A DNA stretch of 44,232 bases from Octopus bimaculoides (taxonomy: Eukaryota). Location: contig NC_068995.1 of assembly GCF_001194135.2 (NCBI RefSeq), forward strand, positions 28,754,680 to 28,798,911, read 5' to 3'. The position numbers and the translations under genes were made by a program. The notes under the pieces were generated by a model. That model did not search any database. It saw only the letters and a program-made list of their open reading frames with translations, and was not told where the DNA came from. Position 1 is the first letter of the stretch; every line of letters begins with the position of its first letter. Below are positions 34,499 through 44,232 of this stretch, in pieces.

Positions 34499-36179
34499 CG
34501 CTTCGAACCTACTGTGCTATTTTGTCTAATGCGTTTGTGAAATATTGAGTGTTGTGTGCTGCTTTGCAGCAGTTTGGGTGTTTGCGTGTGTTTGTTTGTG
34601 CTTTCTCTTCTCGTAAGAGGAGGGATAGCTTGGTAAAGGATGTCTGAAGAAAATTATAGTTTCTCGGACATATCATCGTCCGAGGAGGAGTTGCTGGAGG
34701 CGGTCCAGAAAATGGATCATAAACTGAGAACGAAGAAAAGAAATTTTGCTGATGCAGCAATGTGTAAGGAGACTGAATTGAATATTGAGGAGAAAGGAAA
34801 ACACAGAAGTGAAATGAAACGAGATAGGATCGAAGTAAAGCTGTCAACCCCGCAAGAAGTAAGAAACAGGATTAAGGAAAAACAATAAACTATCAAACCT
34901 TTTCGATAAGTAAAAGAAAGATTGATGTCGTCACGACGGAACAAGTGGAAAAGGTGCTAAGGCCGATTTGGGATGACATAGTGTACCTGGCGAGAGGTTC
35001 AACGTTCGGCATAGTGGAAGTAAGATTTCGGAATGCAGCAGCAGCAAGAAAACAGGCAGCGACTACAATACAGAGTGAAGAAGTGGTGTTTTTGCCCACG
35101 TATAGAGGTATCAGAACAACGAGAATTACTGTCGAAGGAATCCCACCAGAAATAGATGTGGCTTGGGTGGCAGATGCTATCCTCTTTGGATATGAGGACA
35201 ACATAGTGGTGCTCCAGGCCGCGAAAAGGGATTGCGTAAACTGGAGAGGACAATCACTGAATATGATAGTACAGGGATCGAATGAAACGTTGGAAAGGAT
35301 CACGAAAACGATAACTATGGAAGAAACAGTAATGACAGTCAGGGTGGAAGGAAGAGTTCCACACCGCTTTAATTGTGGCCTGACGGGCCACATTAGCGCA
35401 GACTGCACGATAAGATCAAGAAAACCGGAGGGAAAAACATCCAGATAATATGGAGGAGGATAAAGAAGAGCGCCGCGGAAAGGAAGAAACCAAAAAAGAA
35501 GAGGAAGTTGCGAAAACAGAGGAAAAATGGGGAAAAAGCTACAGGAAGAAAAAGGAAAAAGGCAAGTGAACTAAACTGTAAACCCCATTCCATACCCATC
35601 CCACCCACTCCCTCTCAGACCCACCCTCTCTCTGCAGACACCAAGCCTACCCGTTCCCATCCGACACAAAACAAAAGACAAACACACACAAAGAAGCTCA
35701 AAACCCCTCCCCCAAGGAAAAAAAGGAGGAAAAAGTGCAGAGCGTACATGTCATTTAGTGATGAACTGTTGAATGAAACGTCGACATGGGATGATCTGAA
35801 GTTTGTTGGAACTGCTGAGTTTGATAATATTGAGGAGTATTACATGTGTGTGGTGCCTAATAAGAAGCAGGAGGGGAGAATACTTGCGTTTAAGGTCGGA
35901 TATAGTTCTTGGGAGGTGGACTGCAGCTGGAATTCACTCCCAGGTTTTACAACTTATGATAAGTGGTTAGAGGAGACAGGAATTAATCTTTTAGAAGGTA
36001 GAAAAGGTAGAAAATGAGGCTACTTGTAAGTGGGGCGAGTGGTTCCATTTCCATTTTTCATAATCATGTTTTTATGCATTATATCATACATTTTTGTTTT
36101 ATTTTCAATGTTTTATGTCCCACGTGTTTTACTGCATTGTCCCCTCTGTGTGTCCTGGTATGGGAAATAAAAAAAAAGC
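34499..36179 (+). mobile_element. ~1.68-kb ORF1-only Tx1-like non-autonomous retroelement (C)
   Basis: It has a 5' UTR of ~140 bp, ORF1 pieces spanning 34640-36017, and a ~160-bp 3' UTR ending TTGTCCCCTCTGTGTGTCCTGGTATGGGAAATAAAAAAAAA. CAACGAAACGTT flanks it at 34487-34498 and 36180-36191. Confidence 0.8.
34640..36017 (+). pseudogene. Tx1/L1-type ORF1 (RRM plus CCHC plus C-terminal extension), two frameshifts
   Basis: ORFs 34640-34888, 34945-35448 and 35508-36017 lie in three different frames. They are colinear with the B1 ORF1: SSSEEELLEAVQKMD, VEVRFRNAAAARK, FLPTYRG, ITVEGIPPEIDVAWVA, RFNCGLTGHISADC. Confidence 0.8.
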
Positions 36180-37188
36180 CAACGAAACGTTTGGTGAGGA
36201 AATGACCAGTGAGTGGTCAGCTCGAAAATGGTTTAAACGATTTTACAGTGGAGATCTGAGCCTTGAAGATCGTAAGCGTAGTGGACAGCCACCTGTCATC
36301 GATGACGGTCAATTAAAGACCGTCACTGAGAAAGATCTACGTAAAACCATTCGAAAACTGGCAAACGAACTTCAAATTAGCCAGAAAACTACCTGCAACC
36401 ATTCGCATGCGATCGGAAATACAAAACAGCTCGACAAATGGGTACCACACGATTTGAATGAAAATCACAAAATGCGCAGATATGACATTTGCTCGTTGCT
36501 TCTTCTCCGTAACCAGACCGATCCATTTCTCAACTGTATTGTAAGTTGCGATGAAAAGTGAATTCTGTACAATAATAAAAAGAGAAACGTTCTTCGCAAT
36601 GGTTGGACCAAAATGCAGCACCGAAAACCTTCCATAAATCCGAGTTCTTCAAAAAGAAGGTTATGGTGGCTGTTTGATGGTGTACTGCTGGACTCATCTA
36701 CTATAGCTTCTTAAAACCCGGAAAAACCATTACTGCAGAAATATGTTGTTATGAAATTGCCAAAATGAAAGAAAAACTGTTACTCCTCCAACCCAGACTG
36801 GTCAACAGAAGAAGGTCAATCATTCTTCATGACTATGCTCGACCACACGTTTCACTAATGACGCTCCAGAAGTTGAGGAAACTTGGCTACGAAGTTCTTC
36901 CTCCCCGGCCCAAGCTTATTCCCCAGATCTTTCTCCTACCGACTACCACTTTTTCAAGCACTTTGATGGTTTCCAGCGATAGAAGGAGTTCAAAAACCAA
37001 ACTGATGTTGAAAGTGCGTTCAAAGAGTTCATCAGTTCCAGAACTCCAGATTTTTATGTTACTGGAATAAACAAACTTGTAACTCGTTGGCAAAAATGTG
37101 TTGATTGTAATGGTACTTATTTTGATGAATAAAATTTCCGCATTGTTGAAATATATTGTGATGGATTTCATATTTCAAAACTTTTATT
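36180..37188 (+). mobile_element. Mariner (Hsmar1/cecropia-like) transposase fragment lacking its N-terminus; stop at 37130-37132
   Basis: NETFG...RKWFKRF..GDLSLED..RSGQP...KWVPHDL...CDEK*ILY...HDYARPH...PDLSPTDYHFFKH...RWQKCVDCNGTYFDE*. These are the WVPHEL, D,D34D and YSPDL-type motifs. The 3' TIR probably lies in the gap. Confidence 0.9.
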
Positions 37189-37438
37189 NNNNNNNNNNNN
37201 NNNNNNNNNNNNNNNNNNNNNNNNNNNNNNNNNNNNNNNNNNNNNNNNNNNNNNNNNNNNNNNNNNNNNNNNNNNNNNNNNNNNNNNNNNNNNNNNNNNN
37301 NNNNNNNNNNNNNNNNNNNNNNNNNNNNNNNNNNNNNNNNNNNNNNNNNNNNNNNNNNNNNNNNNNNNNNNNNNNNNNNNNNNNNNNNNNNNNNNNNNNN
37401 NNNNNNNNNNNNNNNNNNNNNNNNNNNNNNNNNNNNNN

Positions 37439-37470
<32 letters not shown>

Positions 37471-37479
37471 CTCTCTGAA

Positions 37480-39620
37480 TGTGCTTGTATTGACATTTTC
37501 ATAGAGTGCCGGATTATAGCAGTACGAAGTACGCAATATTGAATTACAGGTTGCATGGACACTATCTAATTAAGAATACACAGCGCAAAGAACGGTTAAC
37601 CGGATTGCATGTAGTTAAACCCTCTTCCGCGGATGCACTGTGCATCCCCTACAACTGTCGAGTGAACATGCCTGTTGACTGACAGGACCAGATGGACTGA
37701 CATAGCGTAATGTATCTAGATTGTCTACCATTATTTTGTGAATACTTGCGAACATACACACTGTCTAGGAACAGACAACAATTTTGCAGTTTTCTGCACC
37801 GGGAGTTTTCTTAGATGGATACGAATTAAACAAAAGGGACTTAATGTATCTATGTGTATTTTTCCTCTACTTTCATTTTAACTTTCGTGTCATGTGGTAC
37901 TTTTCTCACTTTCAGGTTAGTTCACCTTTGTGTGTAGCCTCGATGAACACCGGACACTGGAAATTGCTTTTGTCGTACCGAGAATTTTATCCAGTTTTTC
38001 TTTTCTTTCAAGTCTATTCGAGAATTTAGTCCGGGATGTGAGTTACACTCCATTAATATCAATGCTAATGATAGTTTCAAACTTTTTTTTGGCTCTCTTG
38101 TATACTCTGATTTGATCTGGCTGATTGTATCCATGTTTTTTCAGTTTATGTGGTGGACATATATAAGATGTTTCTCATCAGCCTTACTAGGTCTACTACT
38201 AGTATATTCCTTTTTGCGTTTGTTGATATAGCAGGGGTCCCAAGGATCGGGTGCTTTATAGAGTGTAAGTGGGGTATATATTTCTTGCCATGTATAATTT
38301 CTTGCCATGGTTATATATCTAGAACTGGTAATCTTTTGTTGGGTAATCGATGATAATTTTTATGCTTTATAGATGGAGTTTGCTATCTTCTGGAACTTTT
38401 TTAGAGTATGCTTTTTCTATTTCCTTGTGGAGTGGTTTTAATCATAATGTTTCTGTCATCTACATAAGAATACATCCTGAAAGGAATGGGTTTCTCTATT
38501 AGGTTTTGTTTGAATTGCTTATTCCACCATACCACGAAGAGATTGGTCACATCTCCTGCAACGCCAACGCCAATTGTTGCAAATTTGTCTTATTAAATTT
38601 AAATATACGTCCTTTTAGTATTGTTTTTGTACTAGCACCAATCACATGTGCTGTCATTTCTTATCTGGCCATAGTTTCTTGAAATTTGGATGGGTTTATT
38701 TCATCCTTTCGAACGTTCAATGGAGATCTTATTTGTTGCAAAAGTAATGCTAAGTGGTCCACCTTCCTCTATTCTGGTTGGACAAAAGCTTTTCAGCTCA
38801 TTTCTGTTTAGATACTCACTATCGTACGTGAAGAAGAGTCCTAGGGTTCATGAGAGTGGTTGTAGTCATCGATTCTACTGAGATCTTCAATACTATCACA
38901 TACATTTGAAGGTATTTGAAGGATCAAGTGCTTACTAGCAACAGGTTTTATAGAATGTAAGTGGTATATATATTTCTTGCCATGAATAATTCTAGCCATG
39001 GTTATGTATCTAGAACTGGTAGTCTTTTGTTGGGTAATCGATGGTAATTTTTATGCTTTATAGATGGAGTTCATTATCTTATTATTGAGAGAAAATATGA
39101 TAATCTGAAGTTACTGGAGGTGTTAGACTCGGCAGACTAGTCTGGCTGGTGATCCAGTAAGTAGATTTAGGAAGAATTTGTATCTTTCTTAAGTCCAGGT
39201 ACGTTGGTGTTTATGACCTAAAAGTTGTTTTCAACGTTTTGTCTTGGTTTAAGGATGTTGGCTCACATAATCTTATGATATGTTTGGTCATATGGTTTCA
39301 TACCATATGATTTATTCGAGGGATTATACACGTTCTGAGGGTCATTTGTATTACTGTCCTCAGTGTTTGTAGTCAGGTTAGAATAAAAGTTGTTGCTATT
39401 ACCTGTATTCCAAAGGGAGTTATACTCGTTGTGGCTAATATTCTTTAATTTCTATCTAATTTCTGTAAAATATTTTTCGATTTCAGATAGACATTTCTTG
39501 TATAAGTCATTCTTTGGTGGTAACGCTTTAACCAGATGATTTCTCCTTATCCAGTTGCACAGCACTGTAAACTTTAGTAGATATTTGTATTAGCATTTTA
39601 AGTTTGTGTTTATGCATTAA
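37480..39620 (-). mobile_element. Penelope-like element, Neptune-like RT/thumb/linker, decayed and rearranged
   Basis: The minus strand reads AGDVTNLFVVWWNKQF...MYSYVDDRNIMIK, KIANSIYK..DYP..KRLPVLD, KHGYNQPDQIRVYKRAKKKFE, FIEATHKGEL and KVKMKV. The subgroup assignment is inferred. Confidence 0.75.
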
Positions 39621-39774
39621 AATTGTTAGTGAACAGTCAACCAAAATACTTTCACCAGTGGTGTTAGGATATTCTCACTTCTCACTGGTAGAGTGGTGTT
39701 GTAGTTGCTTCATCCATTTTAGTTAGTTGCAGAAGTGTCGGTTTCAACTGTTGTTTATGTTCCGGTATTCTCAT

Positions 39775-39868
39775 GAGGGCGGTGAGCTGGCAGAATCGTG
39801 ATCGCACCAGACAAAATGATTAGCGGTATTTCTTCCAGTTTTACGTTCTAAGTTCAAATGCCGCCGAA
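39775..39868 (+). mobile_element. Head of second SINE family (truncated before its core)
   Basis: GGCGGTGAGCTGGCAGAATCG...AAATGATTAGCGGTATTTC...ACGTTCTAAGTTCAAATGCCGCCGAAGT; A-box-like and B-box-like segments are present. Confidence 0.7.
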
Positions 39869-39976
39869 GTATCTATCTATATAAATGAACTTTGGGTTAG
39901 TAAAAACATGTTTTTGACATATTTCAACTTATAAAAGAAAATTCACTGCAGTTATCGTTGAGAAAAATATTCTCGG

Positions 39977-40175
39977 TTATCTTAAAACAGTCGATATCAG
40001 TAGCTGAGTTGCGCTCAAGGACCATCTACATGGAACAAAAACAATGATATCAGCGCTAAGAAGTGACAAGGAATAAACGAACTTTAAGTTATTTAAATAC
40101 GTTTGTGACATATTTGTTCTGATCAGGCGGTCCATTGGCGCATCTCAGTCACTGATATCAACTGTTTTAAGATAA
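39977..40175. repeat. ~47-bp imperfect inverted repeats (39977-40023 and 40129-40175) enclosing ~105 bp; MITE/foldback-like
   Basis: Left arm TTATCTTAAAACAGTCGATATCAGTAGCTGAGTTGCGC versus reverse complement of the right arm TTATCTTAAAACAGTTGATATCAGTGACTGAGATGCGC. Confidence 0.75.
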
Positions 40176-41474
40176 AGCTACGGCTTTAGAATCTGCTCCA
40201 GTTATCTTTCTTCGGTATCTCCTATTGATGAAGGCTAAAAAACCAAAAATGTGTCTGGGAATCCGCCATAAGGAGATACTGAGCAGATATAATGTTTTTA
40301 AACTTTCTCCTACAAAAGGGAATTTTTTCTTTTCGATAACAGCAGTGTTGCCTTTAGGAGTTGAAATACATCACAAACCTATTTTAACTAATCTAAAATT
40401 CGTTTATTGCTCATTATTGCTTAGCGCTGATACCATTGTCTGTCTGTCTGTCTGTCTGTATCTATACGCGTGCACGCACACACACATACGAATATAGCTA
40501 TTATTCTTTAACAAGAATAGTATTGACGAAAAAATCTAAGTCCGATGATGGTTTAGCAAGTTGAAACTTCGAAGTCCCTGTCTATGGTATTCTTGCTACA
40601 AAATAATAAATATGTACTCTAAGAAAAGTATGAGTAATCTTTCAGTTGAAAGTAAAATTGTCTTTATTATAACTTAACATGAAAAACAAACATTAAGGTA
40701 TATGAATGTACAGATATACATACATGTGTACGTGTGTGTATGTGTATGCGTGTTTCTATATATATATACTTGCGCAAGTATATGCAAAACATGGTGGGAT
40801 CGATGGATCTTGCTTTCATTCTTTCCAAATCGTTTTGATTTCAAGATAAATGAAAATAGTCAGAATAAAAGAAATGAAGAGAAATAGAAAAGACAAACAA
40901 CGAATGAATGAATGAAAGAAGAAAGAACATGAAGAAGAGGAGAAATGAAAGAGGTGAATTATGTAAAAGTCTTATTCCTATCAAACACTGTCAAAAATAA
41001 TTGAAATACTCTTCCCTCTTCCTCCCCACACCCTTCTTGTATCATCCATGGTCCATATTTGGAAGGCTCTCTAACCTAACTTCACATCACAACCATCCAT
41101 CTTCATCACTGATACCCCCACCCCCATCGTCTCTTCTCTATCGCTACTACACCAGTGCCGCCTTGTCACGTCTCACAAGTCTGCTTCCGTCGTTGCAACG
41201 TAAACTCCATCGCAAATTCCTTTTGATCATTTGGATTAATCAGGCAGAATCTGATACTTTGTCAGGGATGATGATAGTAATGATTATAGTGCTGCTGATG
41301 ATGGCGATAATGATAATGATGATGATCGTGTAGGTAGTGGCGGTGGTGGTGATGAGGAAGGGGAAGAAGGACGGTAAGAAAGAAAAGTAATAATGATGCG
41401 TATAATTTGAATGGTGATGATTATGACTATGAAGACTAACAGAAATATAGACATTGAGAGGAGGAAATAAAGAG

Positions 41475-41477
<3 letters not shown>

Positions 41478-41554
<77 letters not shown>

Positions 41555-41556
41555 GG
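41478..41556. repeat. (GA)n microsatellite
   Basis: Direct inspection. Confidence 0.95.
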
Positions 41557-41859
41557 ACAGGGAGAAGTAGAGAAAAAAGGACGATGATTATGATGCTGGT
41601 GATAATGCGTAAGAATAAGACAAAGAGGGAGAGAGGCGCTGATATTTGGGATAGAAAATGTTAACGATAACAACGATGGAGGCAATGATAACGAAAATAA
41701 AATGAGTGATGATAGATGAATGAAGATAAACAAACGAATGGTTTGAGTAAGTTCAAATAACTTACACAAAGAAGAAAAAGAAAAGCTGGTGCTGTGTGTG
41801 ATGATGACAGTAGTGGAGATAGTTTGAGTGCGTCGAAAGAACTTGTGTTGTGCCTCTCG

Positions 41860-42310
41860 GCAAGCAACCAACTAATCTGTATGCTTGCTCTCAAAGTGAT
41901 ACCTTCGTGACAGAAGTTTTACCATCTTCTGCCCAGTTGTTGGCCTATGCCTTTGCAGTGACTTTGATATATCTTTACCGCATATTCTTCATCGTTGTTC
42001 ATTTGTCTTGTGGTAGAACAGGAGATCTTTGAAACACGAGTGTGGTCGATACGTTATTACGTATGAACCACACTCATGTTTCAAAGATCTCCTGCTCTAC
42101 CACAAGACAAATGAACAACGATGAAGATATCGTAAGTCTATCCGTCACATATACTACACATATACTAAAGTCTATCCGTCGCCCAGTCTAACCACTTGGA
42201 CTTTGGATAACTTTATTGCAGGTCACTTTACTGTAAATATTTATTTCTTCTATCTTCCTTGGAGAAAGTAAACAGCCATCGGCACTATCTTCCATCTCTA
42301 AGTAAGCTGT
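41860..42310 (-). mobile_element. Possible Neptune-like Penelope thumb fragments with an internal inversion
   Basis: Minus-strand pieces QRSPVLPQDK*TTMKN and EDRRNKYLQ...PKSKW weakly resemble the PLE thumb and linker. The match is weak. Confidence 0.35.
41986..42127. repeat. Long palindrome: 61-bp arms (41986-42046 and 42067-42127), 2 mismatches, 20-nt spacer that itself folds
   Basis: Base-by-base comparison of the arms; the spacer contains ATACGT-TATT-ACGTAT. Confidence 0.95.
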
Positions 42311-42311
42311 A

Positions 42312-42520
42312 TCTTATATATAATAAAGCTGAAGTTGTGTATCTGTGTGAAGCCTTTTAAAAAGTTTATAGAAATCCACATTTTCCACTTTTTCGTAAAA
42401 GTTTTTACATCAATGGAATTTTCTCGATGTGAAATTTCCAGTGCAGTAATTAGATTTTTAAAATTCCGTTTACTTTGTGTGATTTAAGGGAGATTTGGCT
42501 GTTGTTTCTAGCAACTTTTG
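42312..42520 (+). mobile_element. Possible non-autonomous Helitron 5' end
   Basis: A|TCTTATATATAATAAAGCTGAAGTTGTG resembles the TC...ATAAAGCTGAAG starts of invertebrate Helitron-N families. The 3' hairpin and CTAG were not confirmed. Confidence 0.35.
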
Positions 42521-43524
42521 TATTTCTTCCCTTCTACCTGTAGCAGCGTTCTTACACATCGATCATGCACTCAACATATAATATAGAGAGTAAGAGTAAG
42601 AGAGAGAGAGAGAGAGAGAGAGANNNNNNNNNNNNNNNNNNNNNNNNNNNNNNNNNNNNNNNNNNNNNNNNNNNNNNNNNNNNNNNNNNNNNNNNNNNNN
42701 NNNNNNNNNNNNNNNNNNNNNNNNNNNNNNNNNNNNNNNNNNNNNNNNNNNNNNNNNNNNNNNNNNNNNNNNNNNNNNNNNNNNNNNNNNNNNNNNNNNN
42801 NNNNNNNNNNNNNNNNNNNNNNNNNNNNNNNNNNNNNNNNNNNNNNNNNNNNNNNNNNNNNNNNNNNNNNNNNNNNNNNNNNNNNNNNNNNNNNNNNNNN
42901 NNNNNNNNNNNNNNNNNNNNNNNNNNNNNNNNNNNNNNNNNNNNNNNNNNNNNNNNNNNNNNNNNNNNNNNNNNNNNNNNNNNNNNNNNNNNNNNNNNNN
43001 NNNNNNNNNNNNNNNNNNNNNNNNNNNNNNNNNNNNNNNNNNNNNNNNNNNNNNNNNNNNNNNNNNNNNNNNNNNNNNNNNNNNNNNNNNNNNNNNNNNN
43101 NNNNNNNNNNNNNNNNNNNNNNNNNNNNNNNNNNNNNNNNNNNNNNNNNNNNNNNNNNNNNNNNNNNNNNNNNNNNNNNNNNNNNNNNNNNNNNNNNNNN
43201 NNNNNNNNNNNNNNNNNNNNNNNNNNNNNNNNNNNNNNNNNNNNNNNNNNNNNNNNNNNNNNNNNNNNNNNNNNNNNNNNNNNNNNNNNNNNNNNNNNNN
43301 NNNNNNNGATATTCCTATCTTAAAAAGTAATAATCGATTATCTCGGTAACCATGGGAGTTGGAGGGCAATAAAAATCTCCTGAACATGAGCGGACCATGC
43401 TGCCGCTCTGTGCTGAATTTCACGCGATTCCACTGCACCGTTCTCGAGTGAATCTGCCGACACTCAATCAATCAATCAATCAAGCAATCAAGAACACTGC
43501 AATTTATAGTATAGATATATAAAT

Positions 43525-43896
43525 TCTTTTGATTCTTTTACTTGTTTCAGTCATTTGACTGCGGCCATGCTGGAGTACCGCCTTAAAGTGTTTTAGTCAA
43601 AGAAACCGATCCCAGGACTTATTATATCGGTTATTTTGCCGAGCAGCTAAGTTATAGGGACATAAACATACCAGCATCGGTTGTCAAGCAGTGGTGGGAG
43701 GATAAACACAGACACACACGCACATAAATATATTTATATATATACGACAGACTTCTTTCAGTTTCTGCGTACCACATCCATTCACAAGGCTTTGGTCAGC
43801 CCGAGGCCGAGGCTATAGTAGAAAACACTTGCCCAAAGTGTCACGCAGTGGGACTGAACAAGGAATCATGTGGTTGGGAAGTAATGCCTGCGCCTA
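43525..43896 (-). mobile_element. Full-length tRNA-headed SINE
   Basis: Reverse-oriented tail (CTTGTTTCAGTCATTTGACTGCGGCCATGCTGG), core, TA/CA tract and head (CACGCAGTGGGACTGAAC...GTGGTTGGGAAG). Confidence 0.9.
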
Positions 43897-44232
43897 TAGA
43901 TACATATACATACATATATATATACAAGAATAAGGGCAGAGAATCGTCAATTAATAATAGAATTAATAATTAACAATTCTGCCAAGTAGTTCAGTATGAA
44001 AAAAACCTTTATCGGTAAAACTATTTATCATTATAAATATACAGGGATTAGCAATTGAGTTGCTTCTCCAACATACTGAAAATTTAGAAATAGCAGTCAA
44101 AGAACTACTGATTCCAAACTACAAATTTTTCTCCAAAATGGATGGCGATATTTATGGCACACATAGAACAAAAAACCAGAAGGAAATGCGTAAACAAACC
44201 AAGCCTTATATACATATATATATATATATATA

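Noticed and set aside
31375-35408. Antisense ORFs 31375-31701, 31800-32420, 31822-32193 and 34893-35408 (also 1620-2189)
   Set aside because: They are shadow frames opposite retroelement ORFs, with no independent motifs.
36094-36561. ORF 36094-36561 as a complete mariner N-terminus
   Set aside because: Its first ~29 codons are the 3' UTR and A-tail of element C; mariner similarity starts only at ~36180.
40540-40585. CGATGATGG...GAAAC hammerhead-like string (also TTGATGAAGG at ~40225)
   Set aside because: The core is altered, the stems do not pair convincingly, and there is no adjacent PLE ORF.
2396-43471. Long ORFs containing X runs or HT/CV/YI/LS/N repeats
   Set aside because: They are artefacts of N-gaps and microsatellites and show no coding signal.

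Overview
Eukaryotic, AT-rich, microsatellite-rich draft-assembly DNA with nine N-gaps. The SINE sequences suggest a cephalopod, most likely Octopus (inference). I find no intact host protein-coding gene; the window is mostly decayed and nested transposons. These include an R4/Dong-type RLE retroelement ending at an (AAT)n tract, Tx1/L1-clade pieces, at least seven Penelope-like fragments (Naiad-like and Neptune-like), a full-length Chapaev3 element with TIRs and a TTA TSD, a mariner fragment, a MITE, many tRNA-headed SINEs, and a spliced DUF4806-like pseudogene missing from the ORF track. The main result lies at 30.3-36.2 kb. Tx1-like elements that carry only ORF1 (RRM plus CCHC knuckle, no ORF2) have inserted repeatedly at exact sites inside other transposons. 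Two copies sit in tandem in the tRNA-derived head of a SINE, with a 15-bp TSD (GGAAGC[A/G]AGCTTCTT) present three times. A second pair shares a 12-bp repeat (CAACGAAACGTT) whose right copy is the start of the recognisable mariner coding sequence. This looks like a family of non-autonomous, half-L1-like, target-specific Tx1 elements that parasitise other TEs. All protein assignments come from motif recognition by eye, not database searches. Boundaries of decayed fragments are approximate (about +/-30 bp or more).
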